Shown: positions 50,788 to 61,406, counted from the first letter of the stretch. The stretch: DNA of 64,000 nucleotides from Candidatus Omnitrophota bacterium (GCA_037146775.1 JBAWWL010000008.1:6160-70159); one strand, 5' to 3'. Translations and numbers: made by a program. Notes: generated from the sequence alone by a model not told the origin.

Positions 50788-51819
50788 ATGATAAGAGTCG
50801 GTGTTGTGGGCGCGACAGGCTATGCCGGAGAAGAATTGTTGGCTCTTCTCTTACGGCATCCCAAAGTCAAAATTACCAGTGTTACCGCTAAAATTGACAA
50901 AGTCCAGCCTATCTCAGTTATTTTTCCTAAGTTCGCCAACCGTATAGACTTGCTTTGTAAAGAGCCTGAGGTGGAAGAGATCGCTCATGAGTGTGATTTG
51001 GTTTTTTTAGCCCTGCCGCATACAGTTTCTATGGAAATTGTCCCGGCCTTGATGGGCGCAGGCAAAACCGTGATTGATTTAAGCGCTGATTACCGGCTCA
51101 AAGATATAAAGCAATACGAAAAATTTTATAATACAGTCCATAAAGATGTACCGCGCATAAGTACGGCAGTATATGGTTTGCCGGAACTTTACCGATCCCG
51201 GATCAAGAAGGCTAAGCTTATTGCTAATCCTGGCTGCTATCCTACGGTCAGCATCTTGTCGGTAGCGCCGCTTTTGGAGGCCAAGTTGATAGATATTGGC
51301 TCAATTATCATTGACGCAAAGTCAGGCGTAACCGGCGCAGGCAGAAAACTTGCCGAAGGCTTTCTTTTTTCGGAGATTAACGAGGATTTTAAGGCATATA
51401 AGATCAATAATCATCAACATAGCCCTGAAATTAACCAGGAACTTTCCAATGTCGCTGGTACAAAAGTCGAGGTAATTTTTGTGCCGCATCTTTTGCCGCT
51501 CAACCGGGGTATTCTAGCGACAATATACACTAAAAAAGCGCAGGGGAAAACCGCAAAAGCAGCAGGGAAAGACAGCGTGATTTCGGTGTATAAAAAGTTT
51601 TATGCGAAAGAACCGTTTGTACGTATTAAGGAAGAAGGCAGTTTCCCCCGGCTTAAAGACGTGGCCGGAACAAATTTTTGCGATATAGGGATTAAGGAAG
51701 ACGATAATTCTATAATTATTGTAGCGGCAATAGACAATCTCCTGAAAGGCGCTGCCGGGCAGGCCGTACAGAATATGAACATTATTGCCGGTTTAGATGA
51801 GATGACGGGTTTGGCATGA
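50788..51819 (+). CDS. argC: N-acetyl-gamma-glutamyl-phosphate reductase
   Basis: VGVVGATGYAGEEL. Active-site NPGCYPT. Confidence 0.9.
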   Translation: MIRVGVVGATGYAGEELLALLLRHPKVKITSVTAKIDKVQPISVIFPKFANRIDLLCKEPEVEEIAHECDLVFLALPHTVSMEIVPALMGAGKTVIDLSADYRLKDIKQYEKFYNTVHKDVPRISTAVYGLPELYRSRIKKAKLIANPGCYPTVSILSVAPLLEAKLIDIGSIIIDAKSGVTGAGRKLAEGFLFSEINEDFKAYKINNHQHSPEINQELSNVAGTKVEVIFVPHLLPLNRGILATIYTKKAQGKTAKAAGKDSVISVYKKFYAKEPFVRIKEEGSFPRLKDVAGTNFCDIGIKEDDNSIIIVAAIDNLLKGAAGQAVQNMNIIAGLDEMTGLA

Positions 51820-52910
51820 GGCTGCCGAAAGGATTTTTGCTCTCCGGTATCAACTGCGGCATCAAGAAGGATAAAAAAGACCTGGGGCTTATTTGTTGTT
51901 CTTCGCTTGCCAAGGCTGTTGGTTTGTTTACCACAAATGCGAATCCATGTTACTCGGTGCTTTTGAGCAAAAAACATATCAATAACCCCATTAAAGCGGT
52001 TTTAACCAACAGCGGGAATGCGAATTGTTGTTTCGGTAAGAATGGCCTTAAAGATACCGAATTGGTAGTCGCCCGGACAGCCAAGCTTTTGGGCGTTAAG
52101 AAAGAAAATATTTTATTTGCGTCTACCGGTATTATCGGCAAGCAGCTTCCGGTAGAAACCATTGTTCGGGGCTTGCCGCAGCTGGTCGCACACTTAGGGC
52201 ACACGTGCGATGATTTTGCCTCCAGCATTATGACCACGGATACATTTCGTAAGATTTCGTTTGCTTCCTGTACCGGAAAGACAGAAGAATCAGTTATCCT
52301 TGGTTTTGCCAAGGGCGCAGGTATGATTGCGCCGAATATGGCAACAATGCTTTCTTTCGTAATGACCGATGCTGCGATCCCGGCGGCATATTTTAAAAAA
52401 ATAGCAAAAGAAGCGGTTGAAGAAAGTTTTAATGCGGTTACCGTGGACGGATGTATGAGCACTAACGACACTATTTTTTTTCTTTCCAGCTCGCAAATAC
52501 CGTTGAACGGAAAAAAAGGATTAGAGGAGTTTTCGCGTCAATTAAAACATGTATGTTTGGACTTGGCAAAAATGTTGGTTAGAGACGGAGAGGGTGCAAG
52601 CAAGTTTGTCGAGATACGCGTGAAAGGCGCCCGTACCAAAAAAGAAGCAAGACAGGCAGGTATGTTTATCGCTAACTCAAACTTATTTAAATGCGCGGTG
52701 TATGGCGCTGACCCTAATTGGGGTAGAATTGTCGCAGCCTTGGGCCATGCGGGTATCCCGGTCAAGGAAGATACCGTTATTCATCTTTCCGATTTGCACC
52801 AGAAAGAAATTATCGTCACTGTTGATCTAAAGCGGGGTAACTGTGCTCTAACGGTATATACGTCCGATCTGACCCCGGAATATATTAAGATCAATGCCGA
52901 ATATAGTTAG
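51816..52910 (+). CDS. argJ: Bifunctional ornithine acetyltransferase / N-acetylglutamate synthase
   Basis: Autoproteolytic ATML site (PNMATMLSFVMTDA). 364 aa. Confidence 0.85.
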   Translation: MRLPKGFLLSGINCGIKKDKKDLGLICCSSLAKAVGLFTTNANPCYSVLLSKKHINNPIKAVLTNSGNANCCFGKNGLKDTELVVARTAKLLGVKKENILFASTGIIGKQLPVETIVRGLPQLVAHLGHTCDDFASSIMTTDTFRKISFASCTGKTEESVILGFAKGAGMIAPNMATMLSFVMTDAAIPAAYFKKIAKEAVEESFNAVTVDGCMSTNDTIFFLSSSQIPLNGKKGLEEFSRQLKHVCLDLAKMLVRDGEGASKFVEIRVKGARTKKEARQAGMFIANSNLFKCAVYGADPNWGRIVAALGHAGIPVKEDTVIHLSDLHQKEIIVTVDLKRGNCALTVYTSDLTPEYIKINAEYS

Positions 52911-52975
52911 GCGTGGTTATATAATCTTTGCATGTTTATAGCTTAAGAAATTACAGTTTTATTGGAGGAGGTAGT

Positions 52976-53827
52976 GTGGTAAAAGAAGCAATAAAAAAAG
53001 CGGATGTATTGATCGAAGCGTTACCGTATATAAAAAAGTTTCATAAGAAGATATTTGTCATTAAATACGGCGGTTCTATTTTAGGCGAAGAACGAGTGAG
53101 GAAGTCGGTATTGGAAGATATTGTTTTCTTGCGTTATACCGGTATCCGGCCGATTTTGGTACACGGCGGCGGCCCGAATATTACCGGAAAATTAAAAGAA
53201 AATAAAATTACTACCGAATTTGTTGACGGTATGCGCGTTACGGATGCGGCTACCTTAAAAATTGTTGAGGAAGAATTAGATGAGCTCAATGATTTAATTG
53301 TTAGAGAAATCAATTCCTACGGTGCGTTAGCGAAGGGTTTCAAGCGAGAAGACAGACTATTAACTGCCGTTAAAAAGAAAAGCAAGCGCGACCTTGGTTT
53401 TGTGGGAGAGGTTATTTCTTTTGATAGAAAAAAGCTGGAAGAAGCGCTGAATACATCTATACCTATAATAACTCCAATGGGCACGTCTAGCGAGGGAATA
53501 GCATTCAATATCAACGCCGATGATGTGGCGTTTTTTCTGGCCTCTCAGCTGCAGGCGGAAAAACTGGTGCTTTTGACGAACGTATTGGGTGTTATGCGAA
53601 ATCAGCAGGATGAACGCTCTCTTATTTCGACGATTAACGTAAAAGATGCCGAAGCGCTCATCCAGGGCAAGATAATTGGCGAGGGGATGATACCAAAGGT
53701 AAAGGCAGCGGTTGAATCAATCGAAAAGGGCGTAGGAAAGGCCCATATCGTTGACGCAAAAATTCCTCATGCAGTTCTTTTAGAAATATTTACTAACCAG
53801 GGTATTGGTACGGAAATTGTGAGGTAA
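52976..53827 (+). CDS. argB: Acetylglutamate kinase
   Basis: ALPYIKKFHKKIFVIKYGGS...VHGGGP. GTG at 52976 after GGAGGAGG. The track ORF starts at TTG 52928. Confidence 0.85.
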   Translation: MVKEAIKKADVLIEALPYIKKFHKKIFVIKYGGSILGEERVRKSVLEDIVFLRYTGIRPILVHGGGPNITGKLKENKITTEFVDGMRVTDAATLKIVEEELDELNDLIVREINSYGALAKGFKREDRLLTAVKKKSKRDLGFVGEVISFDRKKLEEALNTSIPIITPMGTSSEGIAFNINADDVAFFLASQLQAEKLVLLTNVLGVMRNQQDERSLISTINVKDAEALIQGKIIGEGMIPKVKAAVESIEKGVGKAHIVDAKIPHAVLLEIFTNQGIGTEIVR

Positions 53828-53829
53828 TT

Positions 53830-55011
53830 ATGTCAAGCGACGAGATAAAACAATTATTTCAAGACTATGTGTTGCCAACCTATAAACGGGTTGGGCCGGT
53901 ATTTGTCAAGGGTAAGGGGAGTTTTCTCTGGGATAGTGACGGCAGGCGTTATTTGGATTTGTTCCCCGGCTGGGGTGTTTCAATTCTGGGGCATTGCCAT
54001 ACCGGTTTGGTAAACGCTGCGAAAGCACAGCTGGAACAGTTGATTCATTTACCCAACAATCTTTATCAGCCTCAGCAGGCGCTTTTGGCTAAAGAAATAG
54101 TTACGAATGCTTTCCCGGCAAAAGTTTTTTTTGGCAATTCCGGAGCGGAAGCGATCGAAGGCGCCATTAAGCTCAGCCGTCTTTATGGCCGCGATACAAA
54201 ACGCTATGAACTTATTACTATGAAAAATTCTTTTCATGGCAGGACTTTCGGCGCACTTTCGGCGACAGGGCAGGCAAAGTATAAAGCGCCGTTTAAGCCG
54301 ATATTGCGCTCGTTCAAAGAAGCACGTTTTAATGATTTCAGTGATTTCGAAAAAAAGGTAAATAAAAAGACTGTCGGCGTACTTCTTGAGTTGATTCAGG
54401 GCGAAGGCGGCGTGAATGTAGCTTCTCAGGAATATATAGCAAAATTGTACGCGTATTGTAAACAGCATGATTTACTTTTTATCGTCGATGAAGTGCAAAC
54501 CGGTATGGCGCGCACCGGTAAAATGTTTTGCTATCAGCTGTATAATATTGTGCCGGATATTCTGCTTCTTTCCAAGGGTTTAGGCGCCGGCGTCCCCATC
54601 TCGGCGATTGTGGTTAAAAAAGAGATGGCTGATATTATTCAGCCGGGGATGCACGCTTCGACATTCGGCGGTTCGCCGTTTGTGGCGCAAGTGTCGTTAG
54701 AGGTGTTTAAGATTATTCACCAGGAACGGCTCTTGGAGCACGCTCACACCATGGGAGATTATTTATTATCTCAACTTATACAGCTGAAAAAGAAATTTTC
54801 CTTTATCAAAGAAGTAAGAGGCGTGGGGCTTATGACCGGAATGGATTTGCGTATTGATTCATTTCCGATTTTTCTGAAAGCTCTCGAGAAAGGATTAATT
54901 GTCAATTCTACGCATCAGACCGTTTTACGGATTATGCCTGCGATTAATGTTTCCAAAGAGGAACTTGATGAAGGCCTGAAAATACTTCAGGAGATACTTT
55001 CGCAATTTTAG
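53830..55011 (+). CDS. argD: Acetylornithine aminotransferase
   Basis: Class-III PLP aminotransferase. DEVQTGMARTG...LSKGLGAG (PLP Lys). Confidence 0.85.
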   Translation: MSSDEIKQLFQDYVLPTYKRVGPVFVKGKGSFLWDSDGRRYLDLFPGWGVSILGHCHTGLVNAAKAQLEQLIHLPNNLYQPQQALLAKEIVTNAFPAKVFFGNSGAEAIEGAIKLSRLYGRDTKRYELITMKNSFHGRTFGALSATGQAKYKAPFKPILRSFKEARFNDFSDFEKKVNKKTVGVLLELIQGEGGVNVASQEYIAKLYAYCKQHDLLFIVDEVQTGMARTGKMFCYQLYNIVPDILLLSKGLGAGVPISAIVVKKEMADIIQPGMHASTFGGSPFVAQVSLEVFKIIHQERLLEHAHTMGDYLLSQLIQLKKKFSFIKEVRGVGLMTGMDLRIDSFPIFLKALEKGLIVNSTHQTVLRIMPAINVSKEELDEGLKILQEILSQF

Positions 55012-55022
55012 CTTAAAGGTGC

Positions 55023-55943
55023 ATGATGAGACATTTTGTTAGTTTAAAAGATTTTTCTGCCGAACAGTTGCACGAGCTGGTAGATCTTTCTCTCGATATT
55101 AAAAATAATCCCCAGCGTTATGAAAATGCCTTAAGCGGTAAGTATGTCGGGTTAATTTTTGAAAAGCCTTCGTTAAGGACTAAAACCGCTTTTTATGTAG
55201 GAGCTCTTGAGCTTGGTGGCAAAGCGATATATTATTCACCGGAAGAAATCCAGCTAGGGAGAAGAGAGAAGATATCCGATGTCGCCGCTACCATTTCCAC
55301 TTTTATAGATGCGGTGGTATTGCGGACATTTTCTCACGAAGCTCTTTTAGAATTTGTAAAATTTTCCTCGTTACCGGTTATAAATGCATTAAGCGATTTA
55401 GTACACCCCACACAAATTCTGGGTGATTTGATTACTCTTAAGGAATTAAAAAATGACGTAAAGGACCTAAAAGTTGCGTATATTGGCGATGGTAATAACG
55501 TGTGTCATTCGCTTATTCACGCATTTTCGATTATCGGAGGAAACCTGCATATTGCCGCCCCAAAGCAGTATCAGCCAGATAAAAAAATAATGCAGGAAGC
55601 AGGTATCTTTGCCAAGCAATCCTGCGGCCGGATTACCCTGGATAATTCTCCTCAGCGTGCAGCCGAGGGTGCCGACGTACTTTATACTGATGTATGGACT
55701 TCTATGGGGCAGGAGAAAGAACAGCAAAAAAGAAAAAAAGTGTTTAAAAATTTTCAGATAAATGATGCTATTGTATCGTTGGCGAAAAAAGATTGTGTGG
55801 TTATGCACTGTTTGCCGGCGCACCGGGGAGAAGAAATCACCGAGAGCGTTCTCAACAGTAAACATTCGATTGTCTTTTTACAGGCAGAAAACCGTTTGTA
55901 TGCGGCAAAAGCTATTTTGGTTTGGGTATTGAAGGGCCTTTGA
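55023..55943 (+). CDS. argF: Ornithine carbamoyltransferase
   Basis: STRTR carbamoyl-phosphate motif (PSLRTKTAF). HCLP ornithine motif (MHCLPAHRGEE). Confidence 0.85.
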   Translation: MMRHFVSLKDFSAEQLHELVDLSLDIKNNPQRYENALSGKYVGLIFEKPSLRTKTAFYVGALELGGKAIYYSPEEIQLGRREKISDVAATISTFIDAVVLRTFSHEALLEFVKFSSLPVINALSDLVHPTQILGDLITLKELKNDVKDLKVAYIGDGNNVCHSLIHAFSIIGGNLHIAAPKQYQPDKKIMQEAGIFAKQSCGRITLDNSPQRAAEGADVLYTDVWTSMGQEKEQQKRKKVFKNFQINDAIVSLAKKDCVVMHCLPAHRGEEITESVLNSKHSIVFLQAENRLYAAKAILVWVLKGL

Positions 55944-56034
55944 GATAAATCGAGCCTATGGGCGTCATCGTTTTTGGCCATAATTTCAGTGTAGCGATTT
56001 TCGCGTTACGTCATATCTATAAAGGAGGAAGCGC

Positions 56035-57204
56035 GTGAAAAAAGTTGTTTTAGCCTATTCCGGAGGGTTGGATACTTCTTGTTGTATCCAGTGGTTGAGG
56101 GATAAGGGGTATGAGGTTGTCTGCTTTTCGGCGAATTTGGGTAGCGAGTTTTCCCCGGCTGATTTAAAAAAACGGGCACTAGAAAGCGGGGCTTCAAAGA
56201 TCTATATAAAAGATTTAAGAAAAGAATTCGCGCACGATTATATACTGCCTTGCTTAAAAGCCGGCGCTCTTTATGAAGGAAAATATGTGCTCAGTACTTC
56301 ACTCGGACGGCCGCTCATTGCGAAATATTTAGTTGATGTCGCCAAGAAAGAAAAAGCGAGTTTTGTAGCGCATGGCTGTACGGGTAAGGGCAACGACCAG
56401 GTGCGGTTTGAAGTGACATGTTCAATTTTAGCGCCGTATTTAAAAACCATCGCTCCGCTTAGGGAGTGGCATCTTGGGTCACGGGAGGAAGAAATCGAAT
56501 ACGCTAAAGAACATCATCTTCCCATCAAAACAAGCAAAGAGAAAGTATACAGTATCGATAAAAATATCTGGGGCGTCAGCGTTGAGGGCGGTATCTTGGA
56601 AGATATCACCAAAGAGCCGCCGGCGAATTCCTATTATTTTGTTAAGCCCCTAGAGAAAGCTAAGCCTCAGGCGACATATGTGGAGGTGACTTTTGATAAA
56701 GGAGTTCCGGTTGCTCTTGCCGGCACACGCATGGAATTAGTCAGGCTTATTGACCGGCTGAACCGTATCGGCAGCATGTGTGGTGTCGGTAGAAGTGATG
56801 TTATTGAAGACCGGGTAGTAGGAATCAAATCAAGAGAGATCTACGAAGCTCCTGCCGCCTGGATTCTATATACAGCTCATAGAGAATTAGAAAGTCTTGT
56901 CTTGGACAGGGAGACGCTCTTTTTTAAGGAGCAGATCGCCATGAAATACTCACATCTGGTTTACCAGGGGTTATGGTTTACCCGTTTGAAAAAGTCTTTA
57001 GACGCATTTGTTGAAGCAACGCAAAGCGTAGTTAACGGAACCGTGGGGTTGAAGTTGTATAAAGGTAATATTGTGATAGCTAAGCGTGAATCCGCGCAGG
57101 CCTTATATAAAAAAGAATTTGCGACATACGGAGCCGGTGATGTGTTTGATCGCAGTCTTGCCGAAGGTTTTATTAAACTTTGGGCTATGCCGTACAAGCC
57201 TTAA
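56035..57204 (+). CDS. argG: Argininosuccinate synthase
   Basis: AYSGGLDTS PP-loop. GTG start after AAAGGAGGAAG. 389 aa. Confidence 0.9.
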   Translation: MKKVVLAYSGGLDTSCCIQWLRDKGYEVVCFSANLGSEFSPADLKKRALESGASKIYIKDLRKEFAHDYILPCLKAGALYEGKYVLSTSLGRPLIAKYLVDVAKKEKASFVAHGCTGKGNDQVRFEVTCSILAPYLKTIAPLREWHLGSREEEIEYAKEHHLPIKTSKEKVYSIDKNIWGVSVEGGILEDITKEPPANSYYFVKPLEKAKPQATYVEVTFDKGVPVALAGTRMELVRLIDRLNRIGSMCGVGRSDVIEDRVVGIKSREIYEAPAAWILYTAHRELESLVLDRETLFFKEQIAMKYSHLVYQGLWFTRLKKSLDAFVEATQSVVNGTVGLKLYKGNIVIAKRESAQALYKKEFATYGAGDVFDRSLAEGFIKLWAMPYKP

Positions 57205-57216
57205 GGAGACAAGGTT

Positions 57217-57837
57217 ATGAAAGTCCTGGCTGTAATATGTTTTATCTGTGGTGTGTGGACTGTCGCTGTATTTGCGGACACCTTGTATCTAAAAAACGGC
57301 AAAAGAGTCGATGGTACTATTCTGGAACAGGCAGAAACCAGCATACAGATTTCTGTGAGCGGTGTTCCGGTAGTCTATGGATTGAAGGAGATCGATCGCA
57401 TTCAAAAAGATACAGTACCTGTTGTTCAAACGTCGTTTGTGGGTAAAATGGAAGAACTCAACGCTGCTCTTAAAGAAATTGTTGATGCTAAGCTTTTTAT
57501 CGATAACAAGGAAGTGCGCAGCGCCTTTAAAGGTGATACAGACCGCTGGTTGAAGGTCATGGCATATTATACCGCAACAAAAAATACACTTGAGGATTTA
57601 AAGAAGAAACTGGCGTTAATTATTCCGCCGCCTGAAGGCTCGCGTATTTACGAGTTATTGCGTTTAGCGATTGATTATCGTATTTCTGCCTGTACGCAGG
57701 CAATAAATTTACTCAGAAAAGACGATTTTGGCATTACCGACGAAGAGTATGTGTCGTATATCCGTAAATCGCGGGCTTTATGGTTTGAGGTCGCTCAAAA
57801 TTTAAAAAAACTTAAACAAGAGCAGGTTATCCCGTAA
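57217..57837 (+). CDS. Secreted hypothetical protein with N-terminal 'LKNGK-GTI' domain, embedded in arg operon
   Basis: Signal peptide, then FADTLYLKNGKRVDGTILEQ...SGVPVVYGLKEIDRI, paralogous to 31395. The rest is helical. Sits between argG and argH. Confidence 0.55.
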   Translation: MKVLAVICFICGVWTVAVFADTLYLKNGKRVDGTILEQAETSIQISVSGVPVVYGLKEIDRIQKDTVPVVQTSFVGKMEELNAALKEIVDAKLFIDNKEVRSAFKGDTDRWLKVMAYYTATKNTLEDLKKKLALIIPPPEGSRIYELLRLAIDYRISACTQAINLLRKDDFGITDEEYVSYIRKSRALWFEVAQNLKKLKQEQVIP

Positions 57838-57874
57838 GGGCCTAAGAGCGGTTAAAGATAGAGAAGGAGCATGT

Positions 57875-59248
57875 ATGTCAAAATTATGGGGAACGCGATT
57901 TAGCAAGAAAACAAATTCGCTTACCAATGCTTTTACTTCCAGTATCGCTTTTGATAAGCGTCTGGCGCGGTATGACGTTTTGGGTAGTATTGCTCACGCC
58001 AAGATGCTTGGTAAACAAAAAATTATTCCCGTGCACGACGCCGCGCTTCTGGTAAAAGGGCTTAGTTTGGTTTTGAAGGATATAGAAAAAGGAACTTTTC
58101 GTTTCAACCTTGCGGCAGAAGATATTCATTCTCATATACAGGATGTGTTGGTGAAGAAGATCGGTCCGGCTGCTCATAAATTACATACTGCGCGTTCCCG
58201 AAATGACCAGATAGCTCTTGATATAAAGATGTATCTTAAAGACGAAATAAAGAACACGATTGATTTACTTACGCATATGCAAAAATCAATTCTGTATGTA
58301 GCTATGGCAAATACCACGGTGGTAATTCCGGGGTATACGCATCTACAAGTTGCCCAGTGTGTCCTTCTGGCCCATCATTTACTGGCGTATATTGAAAGTT
58401 TAGAGCGGGATAAACAGCGCCTTAGCGACGCCCTAAAGCGGGTTGATCAGATGCCGCTTGGCAGTTGTGCGCTTTCTGGGACGGGGCTGCCGATTTCTCG
58501 GGAATATGTAAAGAAGCAGCTTAAATTCAGCACGATCACCGCCAACAGCATCGATAGCGTAAGTGACAGGGATTCTATTATTGAAGTGCTTGCGGATTTA
58601 GCGATAACCGCAGTGCATCTATCGCGGATTGCCGAAGATTTAATTCTTTGGTCGACCAAGGAATTCGATTTTATTGATATTGATTTTTCTTTTTGTACGG
58701 GTTCGAGCATTATGCCGCACAAAAAGAATCCCGACGTGCTTGAGCTGATTAGGGGTTCGGTAGGGAAAGTTCACGGTGATTTATCAAGTGTCCTGATGCT
58801 AATGAAAGGCTTACCTTTGGCATATAACCGGGATTTACAGCTCGATAAGCCGCCCATTTTTGATGCAATAGATACCGTTAAAGATATATTGAAGATATTT
58901 GCGGAAATGTTTAAAAATATCACCGTCAAGAAAGAAACGATCGCGGCTCGAGTGGCCGATGAATCGCTCTTTTCGGTGGATATCGTTGAATATCTGATCA
59001 AGAAAGGTATTTCATATCGTCAAGCTCATGATATCGTCGGCCGTATGGTGAAAGACTGTTTAGATAAAGGCAAAAAGATTTCAAGCCTCAATACGGCACA
59101 GCTTAAGCATTACTCGGATACTTTTGAACTTGATGTAAAGAATATTCTGCACGCCTGGGATTCTGTGAGTCTCAAAACTTCCTGCGGCGGCACAGCTCCC
59201 AAACTTGTATCTGTCCAGCTTGCAAAGTGGCGCAAAAAGTTACAATAA
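57875..59248 (+). CDS. argH: Argininosuccinate lyase
   Basis: MSKLWGTRFSK N-terminus. Fumarate-lyase signature GSSIMPHKKNPD. Confidence 0.9.
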   Translation: MSKLWGTRFSKKTNSLTNAFTSSIAFDKRLARYDVLGSIAHAKMLGKQKIIPVHDAALLVKGLSLVLKDIEKGTFRFNLAAEDIHSHIQDVLVKKIGPAAHKLHTARSRNDQIALDIKMYLKDEIKNTIDLLTHMQKSILYVAMANTTVVIPGYTHLQVAQCVLLAHHLLAYIESLERDKQRLSDALKRVDQMPLGSCALSGTGLPISREYVKKQLKFSTITANSIDSVSDRDSIIEVLADLAITAVHLSRIAEDLILWSTKEFDFIDIDFSFCTGSSIMPHKKNPDVLELIRGSVGKVHGDLSSVLMLMKGLPLAYNRDLQLDKPPIFDAIDTVKDILKIFAEMFKNITVKKETIAARVADESLFSVDIVEYLIKKGISYRQAHDIVGRMVKDCLDKGKKISSLNTAQLKHYSDTFELDVKNILHAWDSVSLKTSCGGTAPKLVSVQLAKWRKKLQ

Positions 59249-59283
59249 GATTACAGCGGTAACAGTAAATAATCTTACTACTC

Positions 59284-60543
59284 ATGCACGACTTTACGTA
59301 CAAAAACAACCATCTTTATTGCGAAGAAGTACGTGTCGAAGAGCTTGCCAAGAAATTCGGAACGCCTCTATACGTCTATAGTTACCATACTATCATTGAT
59401 CATTATCTAAAACTAAAAGCGGCATTCACCGAGCTTTGGCCATTGATCTGTTATTCTGTGAAAGCCAATTCAAACCTTTCCATATTGAAGGCGTTGGTCG
59501 ATAAAGGGGCTGGGCTGGATATTGTTTCCGGCGGCGAACTTTTTAGGGCTCTCAAAGCGGGATGCCCTCCTGAACGTATCGTGTATGCATCGGTGGGTAA
59601 AACCGATACGGAAATAGAAGAAGCTATCAAAAAAAATATTTTATTTTTTAACGTGGAGTCGGTAGCGGAGTTAGAAAATATAAATCGGATTGCCAAGAGG
59701 CTTAGAAAAAGAGCGAAGGTTGCGATACGGATTAATCCTGACGTGGAGCCGAAAACGCACAAATTTATCACTACCGGAAAACTAACTAACAAATTTGGTA
59801 TAGATTTTTCCAGTGCGTATAATATTTTTATGGTGCGCAGCAGATTTCCATACGCGCACATTTGCGGTGTACACCTTCATATTGGTTCGCAGATTACCGA
59901 AAGTGCACCCTACATTTCAGCTATTCGCAAGATGAGCCGTTTTATCCAGAAGCTGGAGGCCGGCGGTATTAGCTTGGAATATCTGAATATCGGCGGAGGC
60001 TTGGGGATTGTGTACGATAAAGAGACTCCGCAAACGGCGGATAATTTTGCCCGTAAAGTGCTGCCGTTGCTTAAAAAGACTAAACTTAAAATTATCATGG
60101 AGCCGGGCAGATTTATTGTAGGTAACGCCGGCATTCTAGTCGTAAAAGCGTTATACCTTAAATCAACACCGGTCAAAAAGTTTGTAATTGTTGATGGCGG
60201 CATGAATGATTTGATCCGGCCCGCTCTCTATGACGCATACCACAGAGTAGTTCCTCTTTCGCTAAAATCTAATACTCAGCATCCGGCAGAGAAAGTAGAT
60301 ATCGTTGGGCCGATATGCGAAAGTGGTGATTTTTTTGCCAAGGAACGGTTGCTGGCGAAGGTCAAGGAAGGCGGCTTTATGGCAGTTATGAGCGCAGGCG
60401 CGTATGGTTTTAGTATGTCCAGCAATTATAATTCACGGCCTCGGGCCATGGAAGTGCTTATCCACAAAGATAAAGTGCATATTATTCGGGATAGGGAAAC
60501 GTATGATGATCTGATAAAGAAGGAAAGGGTAATTTCTTTATGA
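59284..60543 (+). CDS. lysA: Diaminopimelate decarboxylase
   Basis: Fold-III PLP decarboxylase (YSVKAN PLP Lys, GGGLG, EPGR, CESGD). Confidence 0.85.
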   Translation: MHDFTYKNNHLYCEEVRVEELAKKFGTPLYVYSYHTIIDHYLKLKAAFTELWPLICYSVKANSNLSILKALVDKGAGLDIVSGGELFRALKAGCPPERIVYASVGKTDTEIEEAIKKNILFFNVESVAELENINRIAKRLRKRAKVAIRINPDVEPKTHKFITTGKLTNKFGIDFSSAYNIFMVRSRFPYAHICGVHLHIGSQITESAPYISAIRKMSRFIQKLEAGGISLEYLNIGGGLGIVYDKETPQTADNFARKVLPLLKKTKLKIIMEPGRFIVGNAGILVVKALYLKSTPVKKFVIVDGGMNDLIRPALYDAYHRVVPLSLKSNTQHPAEKVDIVGPICESGDFFAKERLLAKVKEGGFMAVMSAGAYGFSMSSNYNSRPRAMEVLIHKDKVHIIRDRETYDDLIKKERVISL

Positions 60544-61406
60544 GCACACGTGTTGCGTTTAAGAAAATGGTCGCCTCGGGCAACGACTTTGTTCTTTTGG
60601 AGGCCGGGAGTAAGAAGTCAGAAGTCAGAGGTCAGAGGTCAGAGGACAGAGGACAGAGGTCAGAAGGTAGAGCGTTGAGCAGTTTAGCGAAAAAAATGTG
60701 TGATAGGAAATACGGAATTGGAGCAGACGGATTATTGGTCATGGAAACGTCAAAAACCGCGGATGCAAGAATGCGCATTTTTAATGCTGACGGGTCAGAG
60801 GCCCAAATGTGCGGGAATGGCGCACGCTGCGCTGCTTTGTGGGTAAACGAGAAATTAAGAATTAAAGACAGGAGATTAAAGATAGAAACCAAGGCAGGCC
60901 TCTTAAGAGCGGAGGTCTCTGGTGAACAGGTGCGGATACAGCTAACCGACCCCAAAGATGTCAGGTTACATGTGCCTATTACGGTAAACAACCGGCCGCT
61001 TAAGGTTCATTTTATTAATACCGGCGTACCACATACAATTATTTTTGTTGCAGGTATCGAGTTGATCGATGTGGATGGCCTGGGCCGATTAATCCGTCAT
61101 CATCGTTATTTCAAACCAGCGGGAACAAATGTTGATTTTGTACAGGTATCCGGCGATGATCTTATAAGGGTACGTACGTACGAGCGTGGAGTTGAAGCGG
61201 AGACTCTTGCGTGCGGTACCGGATCGGTCGCGGCGGCAATCATGTACAGTTATCAACTCCCGGTCCGTAACCGCTACCACATAAAAGTATTGACTCAGGG
61301 CGGCGAAGTATTGAGTGTTTATTTTGAAAAAAAAGATAATGCATTTATAAATGTGTGGTTGGAGGGGAAAGCCCGGAATGTATTTGAGGGAGGTTATTAT
61401 GTTTAA
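60540..61406 (+). CDS. dapF: Diaminopimelate epimerase with 20-aa heptamer-repeat-encoded insertion
   Basis: ASGNDFVLL and NADGSEAQMCGNGARC catalytic Cys motifs. Insertion [21 protein letters not shown] lies between the first strand and the GIGADG region. Confidence 0.85.
   Translation: MSTRVAFKKMVASGNDFVLLEAGSKKSEVRGQRSEDRGQRSEGRALSSLAKKMCDRKYGIGADGLLVMETSKTADARMRIFNADGSEAQMCGNGARCAALWVNEKLRIKDRRLKIETKAGLLRAEVSGEQVRIQLTDPKDVRLHVPITVNNRPLKVHFINTGVPHTIIFVAGIELIDVDGLGRLIRHHRYFKPAGTNVDFVQVSGDDLIRVRTYERGVEAETLACGTGSVAAAIMYSYQLPVRNRYHIKVLTQGGEVLSVYFEKKDNAFINVWLEGKARNVFEGGYYV
60612..60671 (+). repeat. Heptanucleotide tandem array (about 8.5 units; aagtcag/aggtcag/aggacag), 60 nt in-frame within dapF
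   Basis: Direct reading. Same family as 24636-24760 and 40055-40159. Confidence 0.75.
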
